DNA from: Lama glama
Lineage: Eukaryota
Direction: 5' to 3'
DNA: 64,000 nucleotides
Assembly: GCA_028534125.1 (NCBI GenBank)
Contig: CM052816.1
Coordinates: 22,694,001 to 22,758,000, forward strand
A model generated the notes under the pieces. It saw nothing but the letters and a program-made list of their open reading frames with translations, was not told the DNA's origin and did no database searches. Numbering within the stretch: the first letter of the stretch is position 1; each line of letters begins with the position of its first letter. Below, in pieces: positions 1 to 13,239 of this stretch. The position numbers were made by a program, and so were the translations under genes.

Positions 1-1517
1 CACAATAAAAATCTCAGTAAGACGTTTTATAGAATTTGACAAGATAATTCTAATATTTATCTAGAAATCAAAAGGCTCTACAATTAGTTTCGGTAATTTT
101 CAAAAGAACAAAGTTGGAAGACTATCTTTTCCTGATTTCAAGACATCTGGTAATCTAGATAGTGTGGTATTTGTGTCAAGATAGAAAATACATCAGTGGA
201 TCTGAATAGAGTCCCCAGAAATAGACCCCCACATTGATGGACAATTGATTTTCTTAAAAGGAACGAGTGAAATCCAACAGAGAAAGGGTAGCTTTTTAAT
301 ATATGGTGCTGGATCTGTTAGTTATTTATATGTAATGAACTTCAACCCATACCTTGTACAATAGAGGAAATATTCTCAAAAAGGATCACAAATCTAAATG
401 TAAAACCTAGAAGAAAACAGTAAAAACATCTATATGACCTGGTTTTGGGAAAGATTTCTTAAATCTGACACCAAAAACATAATCCATAAAAGAAAAAAAT
501 GAAAAACGGAACTGCATCAAAATTTAAAACATCTGCTTTTTGAAATAAACTGTTAAGGGGATGAAAATACAAGACTAAGGTGGGAATATCTTCAAGTCTT
601 ATATCTTATAAAGGATTCTATCTAGAATAAAGAAAGAAGTCTCAAAATTCAACAATGAGAAAACTCATTAAAAACAATTTTAAAAGTTGAAACCCATTTT
701 TTTCAAGCAGGCAAAATATTTAACAGTTCAACAAAGATGATAAATGAATTACAAATAAATACATGATAATATGCTCAATATCATTAATCATTAAGGAAAT
801 ATAAATTAAGACCACAGAGAGATACCATTAAAACCTACTAAAATTAAAAAGCCTGATCATTCTGAGTTTGATGAGGATGTAAAGGAACTGACTCACACCT
901 TCTGATTGGAATGTAAAACAGCATGATCAGTTTGGAACTAGGTTTGGCAGTTTCTTAATCAGTTAATATACAAATACCACAGGACCTAACCATTCCACTC
1001 CTAGGTTATTTCCCAAGAGAAATGAAACGTGTAGACACAAAAACTTATGTATGAATATTCTTAGCAGCTCTATTTCTTATAGCCCCAAACAGGAAACAAC
1101 TCAAATATTTCTAAAAAGGTGAATGGATAAACACACTGTGGCATGTCTGTATAACAGACTCAAAGGCACAATTGCATGCAACTTGTATGAATTTCAAAAT
1201 AATTATGCAGAATGAAAGAAGTCAGACAAAAGAAAGTACCTAATGGATGATTTATTTTATATAAAATCCTGGGAAATTCAAGCTACCTTACAGTGACAAA
1301 AAAACAGATCAGTGGTTGTCTGAGGATCAAGCCAAGGAAGAATGGATTATGGAAGGACACAAGGAAACTTCTGAGTGTGTTAGAAATGTTCATTAACTTG
1401 ATTGTACTGGTTTCACAGGTTTATGTATCTGTTTGAATTCATAGGACCGTACACTTCAAATATATGATCTATATTGTTAATCACTTATAGCTCAATAAAG
1501 TTGTAAAAACAAAAAAC
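1..1517 (+). mobile_element. Old LINE-1 (L1M-type) ORF2 3' part and 3' UTR, degenerate
   Basis: L1 ORF2-like stretches (aacaaagttggaagact, agagtccccagaaatagaccc, cattccactcctagg), then a 3' UTR ending ctcaataaagttgtaaaaacaaaaaac. Confidence 0.9.
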
Positions 1518-1544
1518 ATACGTAGTGTTAGGATATGTTTTTTT

Positions 1545-1960
1545 TTTTGCTTTTACAACTAATAATCCAACTATATGCTGCTTATAGGAGACATGTATAA
1601 AACATAAAAATATGGAAAGTTTGAAGTAAGAAAGGATTAAATAAGAGATCCTGCAAACAATAACCAAAATAAAATCATGGAGCCATGTTACTATCAGGCA
1701 GACTGACTGTAAGGCACACAGTGATACCAGATAAAAACAGGTAAGCCTCAATAATAATTAAAGTTACTTCTTTAAGAAGATAAAAAAATTAAGTTTGCTT
1801 CTACTCAACTAATTAGTCTAAAATTACAGACTACAAAGAGAAATAGACCAATGAGCAATCATAGCAAGAGATCCCAATGTTTTCAGTCATTGATAGGACA
1901 AGGAAAAAATCAGTAGGGATATAGAAAATTTGAAATACGACTTTAATTACCTTGAAGACT
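1545..1960 (+). mobile_element. Degenerate L1 ORF2 endonuclease-region fragment
   Basis: atccaactatatgctgcttataggagacat and aaaatcagtagggatatagaa resemble the L1 ORF2 5' region. Confidence 0.7.
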
Positions 1961-3570
1961 GGTGCTCCAATCAAATTCTTCAAAAGCATGTCTTTCACAG
2001 TTTTATCCACATGCTTTTGTCTACTAGCCCTTTCTGGAGCAATTATATTATAAATAATTACACCTCCTGGACTGGAAAAAAATGTTTTCCTTACCTCTCA
2101 CACTTTCTTCTTTTTGCTTTGTGTTCTACCATATTTTCTTGTATTGATGTATTCTTAATTTTATTATAATGTTTTAAAAACTTTCTAATAATTCCTTACT
2201 TTTCTAAAGTGCTTCTCAAAAAATTGATCTTTTTATAAACTTAATACTTTCTTGAACTTCCTTATAGTAGTCAAAAATTTTTAAGTTATGTTCTGTTCCC
2301 TAAAACATCTATTCTTCCTCTGGGGTCAGCTTTTACTTGTGTTTATCATGATCTTTCTTTATATAACTTTAGGTTTTCTTCAAATATCTGATAATTGTTA
2401 ATTTTCCAATTGGAATTTTCCAATTCCAAGTGAATTTTCAGATGTTGACTGAACGTGTACTTGGAAAGAGAACGGTTAATAACAGTCACATTAATATGCG
2501 GCCCTCCTCAGACAGTTAATTCAATGCCTCTAGAAAAGAACCTGGTTTTTGGCACTGTTATATTTTGTTTGTTCGCTTGGGCAGTAAAGACCTAGATGGC
2601 AAATACCATGCACATGCCTGAAGAAGTTGACATGTCTATGGGCAGGGGTTTGGATGGCTTTAATACATATAGATTTAAATCAATAATAACATCATTTTCA
2701 GCCAGACTTCTTATGTCCAAAAGTTATCATACTTGCCTCTTCCTCATAAGACCCTCTTCAGCATTGCTCTGCAAAGGTTGCCATTAGTCTGATGTTTTTA
2801 CCAAGAACATGATAAATGGTGGCCTCTTCCAGTATTCTTTATACTTACTATCATCCATAATTGTTTTGACATCACTCATTTAGTGATGCTTCTTTCTTCC
2901 TTTGTGATTTCATGGTTTTATTTTTAATGAAAGTTATATAGGAAAGAGAGCATATAATATGTTGTTTGTATGTCCTTATTAAATAGAGTTCAGTTGACAC
3001 ACTTTAAATTTACTCAAGAAGTCAGATTTTTTAAAAAAATAATAATTGAAAGGTCTTTTTATGTTGGTCAATATAGTATCGGTTCATTGCTAATTTCTTA
3101 TATTTCTGCATCCAAACTTCAATAGGAAAACTGAGCACCGATGTATATTTATCACTTATAATACGATTTTCTCCACACTGTGGGCAGGAAAAGTTCAACT
3201 ACTTTATACCATAATTTCATAGATCAAATTCATTTAGTCTTGCGTAGTTCCCTAAAAATCTATAATCATCAGGTTCTCATAGAGCATATGCGTCATCATA
3301 AAAATTACACACACAAATGGCAAATGGAAATGAAAATCTTTGACAGAGGTGGGAATGGCAAGAGGCAAGCACACAGGGACTGACTTTACAAGCACAAGTG
3401 TTCATTAGTAGGTAATGATAAGTAATTAGTATAAAGCGAGGCAAAGAGAACAGTTGAAATATTAAAAATCCATTCAACTACAAAAACACTTCTGCAAGAT
3501 GAGATTGTCAGGAGAGAGGCTGTGGAATCTGTAATCTCCAGAATTATTCTAAGCTAAGAGGTGACACCTG

Positions 3571-3873
3571 TCTACCAGGGGAAATAATTAAAAAGCAACG
3601 ATACCAATGCTACCCATCCACCATGTAAGATAAGGCTTCCTAGAAAACTTACGTGCCCTCAAATGATTCTATCTACCAGGGGAAATAATTAAAAAGCAAT
3701 GATACCAATGCTACCCATCCACCATGTAAGATAAGGCTTCCTAGAAAACTTACGTGCCTTCAAATGATTCTGTCTACCAGGGGAAATAATTAAAAAGCAA
3801 CGATACCAATGCTACCTATCCACCATGTAAGATAAGGCTTCCTAGAAAACTTACGTGCCCTCAAATGATTCTA
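3571..3873. repeat. Tandem repeat, 3 x 101 bp
   Basis: Unit tctaccaggggaaataatt...caaatgattct(a/g) starts at 3571, 3672 and 3773; only about 4 variable positions. Confidence 0.98.
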
Positions 3874-5782
3874 TATTTATTCACAAGGGTCATCTTTCTT
3901 CTACTTTAGACAATCTCAGGTCTCACTGGCTAAGCCATGAGCCATGTCAAATCAGATCAGCTCCTGATGGATGGATGCCTGTGATGCTGCTTGTGTTTCT
4001 ATAGATGGTGGATAAGTGACTCAGCAGGAAGTACTAGTCCCTAAGTATAGAAAGAACTGAGTGAGGTGTTCTGCTTTTCCAAAGTGAAATCTATTGAGCA
4101 AGAGTCTTTTCCTTTCTTTCTTTTTTTTAAACTGTCTCTCTTTCTCAACTACTAACAAAGTTAACTGTGACTGAGGAAGACTTTGAATGCCACTTTATTG
4201 GTATCCGTTTTAAATGAATTTCACCCCCGACTTTAGTGATTCATCTTAAAGTACAAAAATGGATTAGTAATTCTCAAATTCTCTTTAACCCAGCAGTAAA
4301 CCGTTCTGTATAAAAATGATTATTCCATACACTGCCACCCTATATTCAAAACAAGTATTATGTGAGTTGAGTGACCCAAAACTAAATGTGAAAAAAAATT
4401 TTTTTAAAGTTCATTTACGATTTAAACTGCTTTAAAGTGAGTATCTCAGACCTAGTTGATGGTGACTTTAGAGCCCAAGTCCGAATTTCCTAATATTCTA
4501 AAGGCCTGGAGTTTTAGATAGTATGCCAATACTATGGACTAGACATACAGAAGACTAATAAAAAGAGTAGGAATTCTAGGGTTTGGGACCAAAATAAAGG
4601 ATTTACAAAATGAGAAAACAAACTTGAAGAGTTTTTTTTTCACGAAGTGTGATAGCTTAACTAAAGTGTAAGTATTAGTTGGTTCCATGATATTTACTCA
4701 TAATATAGTAAAAGTTTAGTGTAAAAATTTTTTTTGGTAAAGCTAGACTGTCATACATAAAATGAAGGAATTCTGTTTCTGGAGGTGTAAGTGAGAAAAT
4801 CTTCTGAATCAAACTTTGTGAAGGAAGAGAATACATCTTATTTTTATATAATTAGTGGTAGTGACCAAAAGTCAACCCAAGGCAAATACTAGGAAAGCAA
4901 AACGGGGGCTTCCCACAAGTCAAGTCATCATGATGTCAGTGAGAGAGTGGAGATGTACTCTGAAATTGATGATGATGATGGCACGACCAGAAGAGAGTGC
5001 TAACTCAGGTTCTCACACATTGCAAGATTTGGGAAATGGTATCCGCACTGCTTACCTCACAAAATGTGAGCAGAAACAACCTCCACAGTTGTTATTTGGA
5101 AACAGGTTTTCCTTTTTCCCTTCAGATCACAGCAAATGTGCCTAAAAATAGATTGATGAAATCGACCTCTTAAAAGTCTTGGGTACATGCAGTCAATAAT
5201 CACCATTAGCTTCTAACACGGAGATGAGCACATGGGTCTATGTCTGCACCGGCATGGCTATTGCTTTTAAAATCCTGCTCAGAGCTCTTAACTATTTTCT
5301 ATAGGGTATGGCTCAACTTAATCCTGTACACAGATCTGTGTACATGGGTGTATTGTGCATCAGAGACCTGTGATTCAATTTGCCAATACTGGATTACAAG
5401 CTCACATGCTTAGTAGTGCTCACCAGCTCAGGGAATTCATGTATACCTCATTCAGTAACATAATCAGTGAATATGGCTAAAGGGAAAAGGCATTATGAGA
5501 AGTAAATGATAATTGGAACCTTAATATTTACAGATTTTCTTCTTTCCTTGGTCCTAATAGACATCTAGACTTTCTTTGGAAAAGATAAGCACTCTGCCTA
5601 CTTAAGAAACAGCAAAATTGTTTGTCTTAAGGGCTATTATGACATTGGCCATATGCGCTAAATTCCTTTTAAATTGGATATATTACTCAGCAGCAATAGC
5701 TGGTTATCCTGTATAAGCTATAGAAATCTACAGATGCTGCCTCAGTCTACTGCAGGGGAGGGTCTATCCTTCTGTCCAGCCA

Positions 5783-5783
<1 letters not shown>

Positions 5784-5820
<37 letters not shown>

Positions 5821-5906
5821 GATACATCTATATATACATACATACAACACAGACACACACACGTATATATATACAAAGACACACACACATATATATGCCC
5901 ACACAC
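5784..5906. repeat. (CA)n / (TA)n compound microsatellite
   Basis: Directly visible. Confidence 0.95.
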
Positions 5907-7419
5907 CTGTCTGTGGCTTAAACTGACCATGGATTAAAATGCACAGGGAAATGAAGACCAAACTGCTAGTTGCATGGACAATGCTAGGCGCTAGAGAATG
6001 TTTTTTCCTCTTTAGGGTGCTGAATTAAAACAGGCCTAAAATTGGAAGAAAAAAATCAGCAATATGCAGCAGACAGCCCACATGAGAAGTGATTTGGTGC
6101 TGTATGATAATCTCATGCAGAGATACTGAACCCACACTTCATTTTTTTATAGCTTATTCTGAACCAATTAGTAGCTCTAAAAATAAGTAACAGAATTATG
6201 ATGTTTTCTTTTATACTTTCGGGAGCCTGATAAACAAAATAATTTGATTCATTTTTTAGAGTGAAATTTTTACTACACAGTGTTTTATTCTCATAAATTA
6301 GTATTTTTTAAAAATAAAAATCTGCTACTCATCTGGAGAGGATTACTACTCACTAAAAAAAGTATTTTCCATTCTAACAATTTTGAAATTGTGTCTGTGA
6401 GTGGCACTGGACTCATATACAATGTTCCATGTTAACACTGTACAGTTAGTTTATCAAACCTGTTACCAAAAATAAGGAAGGAGCATGAAATATGGTTAAA
6501 GAAGAATCAGTATTCTGGACTCAAGCCTCAAATCATCTTTAGTCCCCTGCAGACACTTTTAATCACCAAAGGACATTAGTAAGATTGTTGGCTGAAACTT
6601 CTAAGCAATAAAGCTGGAAATAAATGACTAAAGGTCTGGCTGGCATTCTCATCATTGCTTGTGGTGCCATTTATCACACCTATGTGGGGACTCAATACTT
6701 CATCTTCTCTTGATGGTATCTATAAATATAAAGATGTTAATAGACTCCTAGGGAGCATGTTTATGAGGTAATATAAATTGTTTGCAAAAACATCCTACAT
6801 ACATTATTTCAAATGCACGTTTTTTCTTCCAGAGTGACTCTATCCCACTTAGAAGATACCTATGCTTCCACATTAATTTATACTGAGAAACAGAAATGGA
6901 GGTGAAGCGAGGTTACCAAAGCTGGTATTAGACTGCTATCTTCAGGTTATCTACAGTATTGTGTTCAGTGGAAGAGCTAAGAGAAATCCTGTTTGTTTTT
7001 GCCAGTCAGCTGCTCATCTCTGAGGTCTAGAAAGCTTCTTGAACATGTGCTCCTTAGCACTTAAGTCAACATCCAGGAGACTTTTCTGTCAGAATCAGAG
7101 TAAAAGTTATTTGACATATTTTGAGACAGGGTCAACTCCCATATCATAAATAAGGTATTGCCTAGCCCCCTAAAAATTTAAAGTTGTCCTTTAACAAGTA
7201 TCCAACCCTATTTTTGCAAACATCTACCACTTATTTTGATCAAGACTGTATAGAAAAGCAACAGAATTCTCAATACAGAATTTTGTCCTGGACATTGATT
7301 TTCACAAGCCTTATTAGACGTTGACAAATACACTCATACTGGCAAATGCCACATCAGCAAATACCAGGAGATTTAAAAATTCACTGACTTTTTGAACTTA
7401 ATGTTGAGAAAGAAAAGGC

Positions 7420-7560
7420 TTATAAAATTTTAGAACTGAAATGTGCTTAGAGACTGCTGGAGCCAACTTCTTTTTATGGAGATGATGAAACTGTGGCCCT
7501 CACAGCCTGAGCACACCAGTAGGTAGAACTCAGACTGCATGACGTCCCAGCTACACATAA
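7420..7560 (-). mobile_element. MIR-family SINE fragment
   Basis: gagatgatgaaactgtggccc matches the MIR core in antisense. Confidence 0.55.
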
Positions 7561-7621
7561 CCTGTACAGTTCACTGACTCCAAGAAAGGAGCCTATTGGT
7601 ATCTGAATCTAAAAACTGATA

Positions 7622-7808
7622 GACACTCGTTCTTAAACTGTGACCCCCCTCCCAGGCCAACCATCAGCACCCCCTGGGAATTCGTTAGAAATGAAATATG
7701 TCATCCCAGAGATACTGAATCAGAAATTTTGGGGTTGAGGTCCACTGATTTGTGTTTCAACAAGCCCTTTGGTTCATTTTGAGGCACAGTGCAGTTTGAG
7801 AACCACTA
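7622..7808. mobile_element. MER5A-like hAT DNA transposon (MITE)
   Basis: catcagcaccccctgggaattcgttagaaatg...actgaatcagaaa...caacaagccc...gtttgagaaccact. Confidence 0.85.
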
Positions 7809-8099
7809 TGATAGAAGATTGTTAGTTTAAGAAAAGGTATTTACATTTTTCCTATTCACATTAATAAAGCATTAAAAACAAAAAAAGATCAATTGAAATT
7901 AAAATATATTCTGATTATATTGCTTGAAGATTATAATTATCTTGACTAGATTTTTTTTTTTTGCATAAAAGCCAACTAGGAATATTCTATTCAAAAAGGC
8001 ATGATACCATTCAGGTTACCTTTTAATTAGTCTCATTTTGAGAAAGACGAAGCTGGCCAGCCAGCCTTCACAAAACTTTTTGCACCAAGGCCTTCAAAG

Positions 8100-8730
8100 A
8101 ATGAAGAGTGAAGCCAAGTCACTTTTCCCTCCAGAATTTTTCCTTCTTAATGTTTTTCTTTGTTGTAAGGTTATTATGTTAAAATATGAGTTTGCAAACA
8201 TTATAAAAGATAAAAGAGATCATGTGAGGGATAAAAATCAGGTAATAAACCCAAAAACTTTATGGAAACTAGGAAAAATTGGTATCTTTACAAGCCCTCC
8301 TATCCACAAACATATTTTATCTGTCCATTTATTTAGTGTTCTTAATTTCTTTCCAGAGAATTTTATAATTTTATGCATACAGGTCTTCCACATAGTTGTT
8401 AAATGTAATCCTAGAAATTTTGTAAGTTTTTTGCCATTACAGAAGCTTTTAACAGTTACATTTTTGAGTTGCTGCAGATTTATAGAAATGTAATTATCTG
8501 GTCAGACTGCTAAAATACAGTACTTTTTTGTATATGACTACTGATATTTTATGTAGACACACCATCTGCAAATGATGAGAATTTTATGTATTTCTTCTAC
8601 TATTCTTAACAAAGAATTCTAATACTTTGACATTTTAAATTATCTTATTGTACTCGATAAGGCTGTAAGAAAAATAATACATAGATGTGGCAACGATGGG
8701 ATCCCCATTTTGTTAATGATAATTTAAACT
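8100..8730 (-). mobile_element. Old L1M ORF2 fragment (host of a nested block; resumes at about 11770-12020)
   Basis: Antisense ORF2-like text such as accatctgcaaatgatgagaatttta; appears to continue at tttctaacattgtcccgtttataaggatg. Confidence 0.6.
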
Positions 8731-8734
8731 ATCA

Positions 8735-9645
8735 CTAAGCTTTTATTTTGAACAAATTCAAACAAAATCTGAAGAATATAATAAAATTCTCTGTGTGAGT
8801 ATACATAATTTTCAATCTTAAATTTTTTTGCCAAACCTTTGGAGAATAACTTGCAGACATCATGATTTCTCACTCTTAAATAACTGAGATAAAATAATCA
8901 AACTGAGGAAATTCAGTAATATTGATGCAGTCAATACTATTACCTAATACGTAGTACATACTCAGAGTTTCCCCCTTGTTACTGTACTGTCCCTTATAAA
9001 ATTTTTTCTTGATTTAAGAGCCAGTCTAAGATCACACGTATCATGTGGTTTTCATCTCTTCACTCTTCTAAAACCTAGAATACTACCTCTAGCTTCCTTT
9101 GTCTTTTATGATACTGACATTTTTAAGGTTTATAGGCTAAAGTTTCTATTTTGTTTTACAACGTCCTCCAACTTGTGTTATGGGGTAGTTTCCTTATGTT
9201 CAGACTTAATTCATACAGTTTTGAAAGAAGTTCTACTTAAGTAATATTGTGGTTCTCACAATGCATCCTATTAGTAGGCATGTGATGTCAATTGGTCTAA
9301 TTATTATGTTAACTTGGATCTCTTGGTTAAGGTATTATCAGCCAGATTTTTCCATTACAAAAATATCTTTTCCCTTAACAGTTTATAAGTGAACTCTGGG
9401 AGATACTTTGAGATGTTTGAGTATACTGTTGCCCTACAAACTTTCACCTAATTATTTAACAGCCACTGATGATTCTCGCCTGAATCAGTTACTAAAGTGA
9501 TCGCTGCAAAATGGTGATTTTAAAAATGCCATCGTTTGTTTTACATAGTAATGTAAAGTGAAGCTTTTCTTTTTAGCACTAGATTCTATGTATTTGTTTA
9601 TTTTCTTACATTTTAGTATCAGTATATACTCAGAGTTTTAATCAA
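8735..9645 (-). mobile_element. L1MC-type 3' UTR fragment
   Basis: aactttcacctaattatttaacagccactgatgattctcgcctgaatcagttact is typical of L1MC4/5-type 3' ends. Confidence 0.7.
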
Positions 9646-9649
9646 TTGT

Positions 9650-11128
9650 TCATTTTCTTAGGGTCGAGTTTTAGGCAGTTTTTTTTTCATATTTTGGATA
9701 ATAATCTTTCATCAGGTATGTCTTTTGTAAATATTTTCTCTTAGTCTGTAGCTTGTCTTTTTACTCCCTTGACACTTCCTATTGAAGAGCAAAGGTTTTT
9801 AACTTCAATGAACTCCAGCTTATCAATTATTTCTTTCATGGACTGTGCTTCTGCTTTTGTACATATAAAAAGTCACCACCATATCCAAGGACATCTAGAT
9901 TTTATCCTATGTTAGAGTTTTAGATTTCTGTGTTTTACATTTAGGTCTGTGATCCATTTTGAATTAATTTTGCCGAAGGGTATAAGGTATGCGTCTAGAT
10001 TCGTTTTTTTGGGGGGGTGTGTATGTCCAGTTGTTTTATCACTACTTGTTGAAAAAACTGTCTTTGCTCCACTGTATTGCTGTTGCTCTTTTGTCAAAGA
10101 TCAGTTGATCATTTTTATGTGGATCTGTTTCTGGGTTCTCTATTCTGTTCCACTGATATAGTTGTCTATTTTTTTTAAACCAATACTACACTGTCTTGGC
10201 TATTGAAGCTTTCTAGTATGTCTTAAAGTTGGGTAGTGTTAGCCTTCCAACTTTGTTCTTCTTCAATATGTGTTGGTTATTCTGGGTCTTTTACTCTCCA
10301 TATAAACTTTAGAATCAGTTTGCCAATATTTACAAAGTAACTTGCTGGGATTTTGATTGAGACTGCACTGTATCGATATATCAAGTCGGGAAGAACTGAT
10401 ATCTTGACAATAATGACTCTTCTTATCCATGAACATGGAATATCTCTCCACTTATTTACTTCTCTTTTGATGTCATTCATCAGTTTTACAGTATTCCTCA
10501 TATAGATCTTGTGCATATTCTGTTAGATTTATACCTGAATACTTCATTTGTGGGGGGTGCTAATGTAAACAGCACTGTGTTTTAAATTTTAGGTTTCAGT
10601 TGTTTGTTTCTGGTATGTAAGAAAGAGAATGACTTTTGTATATTAATCTTACATCCTGCAACACTGCTATAATTGCTTATTAGATCCAGTTTTTCTGTTG
10701 ATGCTTTTGTATTTTTTACACAGATGGTCATGTCACTTAGGAGCAGTTTTATTTCTTCCTTCTCAGTCTGTAAACCTTTCGTTTCCTATTCTTGTCCTAT
10801 TGCATTAGCTAGAACTTTCAGTATAATGTTGAAAAGGAGTGGTGAGAGGAGACATCCTTGCTTTGTACTTTATCTCAGAAGGAAAGCTTTGAGTTTATCA
10901 CCATTAAGTATGATATTAGCTTTAGATTTTTTATTTTGTAGACAGTCTTTATCAAGGAGAGGAAGTTCTTCTCTATTCCTAGTTTACTGAGAGTTTTATT
11001 TTTTTATAATGAATGGGTGTTGGATTTTGTCAAATGTCTTTTCTGAATCTATTGATATTGATAATTGATGTCTATTGATCATATAATGTTTCTTTTTTAG
11101 CCTATTGATATGATAGATTACATTAACT
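9650..11128 (-). mobile_element. L1 ORF2 (RT and downstream) fragment
   Basis: ORF-track peptides [10 protein letters not shown]...[35 protein letters not shown] and KINSKWITDLNVK are L1 ORF2p motifs. Confidence 0.95.
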
Positions 11129-11129
11129 G

Positions 11130-11750
11130 ACCAAAATCCAATATAAAAAAGGACCAAAAAGTGCCAAATAAAAAAATCTATTTTAAAAAGTGGGTAGAAG
11201 TACATAGACAATTCACAAAAAATAAAAATACTCTCTAAACTTATGAAAAGATTTTTCAATTGCAATAGTTTACAATTCTAACAATAGAAATGAAATTTAA
11301 AACACCAAGATATCATTTTCCCTTGTCAGGTTAAAAAAAAATTTAGTCTGACAGTACATTCTGTTGGCAAATCTGAAGGGAAAGAAGTATTTTCATACAA
11401 TTCTGGTGGGGATATAAAACGTTTCAATTATTGTAGAGAGGAAATTAGCAAAATCTAAAAACATCTAAATGCATCTTTAGTTTCTGACCCTAGTTTAAGG
11501 ATTTATCTTTAAGATACACTTTTACACTACACCTCTAAAAATACGAAAATATACATGCAAAAGATCTGCACTGTAATATTATTTGTAACTGCAAGATATT
11601 AGAAACAATATGAATGCCTACATATAAAAATGAATTATGGTACATCTACAAAATGAGGCACTATGAAGCTTTAAAAAAGAATAAGGAAGCTTTGCTAACT
11701 AATATTGAGTGATTTCCAAGATACACTGTTAAGTGAGAAAAACAAAAGAA
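11130..11750 (+). mobile_element. L1 ORF2 end / start of 3' UTR
   Basis: aaaaagtgggtagaagtacatagacaattcac...ttatggtacatctaca...ctgttaagtgagaaaa. Confidence 0.8.
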
Positions 11751-12424
11751 CCAGTATCATTTCTCCCTTTAAAAGGAGTATTTCTAACATTGTCCCGTTT
11801 ATAAGGATGTTTATAGTGATATTTTCTAAGTATACTCTTTCAGAGTAAAGAATCTCATTTCTATGTCTAATCTGTTAAACATTTCTATCATGAATGGAGT
11901 TGAATTTTATCAATTATTTTTCTATATTTGTTGGAGTTACTTTTCTGATATTGTTCTCATTTTCATATATTGTTGCATTTGGCTTGCTGTTACTTTGCTT
12001 TTGATTTTTGAATCTATTCTCATTAATAAAATTTGCTAAAATCCTCCCTTCTCATATTTTGAAAGGGAGGCACTTTTATGTCCATTCCTTTCTAGTAATT
12101 CTTTCCCCAATCTCTGGTGGTTTACTTATATGCATGCACTGATTAATATTCAGCTTAATATTCTACAGGGGAACTTTTCAGACACCAAGTGTTCTCTATT
12201 TCCATTCACCCAAAGGAGGTCTATTTTCTTTGTCTTTCTTTTCTTGACATCTTTCAGATTGGTTTAATCATGCTTTTTATCATCCCTTCTTTGTCCCTTT
12301 GTTTGTTTGGGAATGTGCTTTGTTCCTATACTTTTGCTGACTATCCTAGGAATTGAAACATGCATATTTACTTGCCAATTTCTGAATCATCAAATGTTCA
12401 AACGATGCAAGGTAATAACTGATT

Positions 12425-12512
12425 GTATCAGAATCTCAGGGAGTGGGGCAAAGAAACATGTATTTGACAAGTTCCCTAGTTGATCTTTATGCCTGATAAA
12501 ATGGAGAACCAG
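12425..12512. mobile_element. MER5-like fragment
   Basis: atcagaatctcagggagtggggc...aagttccctagttgatc...gagaacc. Confidence 0.55.
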
Positions 12513-12989
12513 ATTAGAAAACAATTATACTAGAAAAATAAATTAAGCTAAAAAAATTTTAAATTTTATTTATTTGTTTCTTAATTGTCAAAATGGAAGC
12601 AGAAATAATTGAATTTCTCATTATCTAGCATGAGAAAATATACCTAATGATAAGAAAAAGCATATTTTATCTTAGCAAGGAATTTGAAACATCATTTTTT
12701 TCGGTTAGACTTTAAAACATGCTTTCAAGACTTTTGAAGTAAGGACATTGATCAATATACTGTACTATGTCAGGAGCTATTCTACAAAGGATAAAGAAAT
12801 ATTTTTAATATCATCCATTGCTTAAAGGCAAATCTATTATATTTAAATCACAGTTTTGAAATGATTATTTTTAACACAGCTAAAGTAACAGTTCTTGCAT
12901 GTGCCTTTTTGAACTTGTGGAAGAGCAGAAGACAGCAGAACTCATGGTTATAATCCTACTAATATAAGGAAGAGTGTCAGGATTTCCTT

Positions 12990-13225
12990 TGTCCTGAACA
13001 CTATGATGCATTGAGCATACACAAACAGCTAAGATATGGCCTCCGTCCTCAAGGAATTACAATCTACAGAGGGAGGCAGAGCAATACCAAAAACCAGTAC
13101 ATTATTCTGTGATGTTTAATTAAACATGCTCCACAGGAATCTCAGGAGAATAAACGACCGACTTTACATATTCCAGTGGGGAAGACTTAAACATAGGGGA
13201 TAATATTCCTTGCCTCTTGAAGGAT
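12990..13225 (-). mobile_element. L2 fragment
   Basis: atatggcctccgtcctcaaggaattacaatcta is L2 3'-region antisense. Confidence 0.55.
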
Positions 13226-13239
13226 GTCTATATAGAGTA

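Noticed and set aside
3571..3873. CRISPR-like array
   Set aside because: Units are contiguous with no unique spacers, there are no cas genes, and the context is mammalian
4855..5145. 96-aa ORF in unique sequence
   Set aside because: GTG start, no recognisable domain, and no matching plus-strand splice structure
5674..5961. HT/CV-repeat ORFs (also 32905-33245 and 60360-60659)
   Set aside because: Translations of dinucleotide microsatellites
8038..8493. Longest ORF (151 aa)
   Set aside because: Largely antisense to a decayed L1; no protein-family signal
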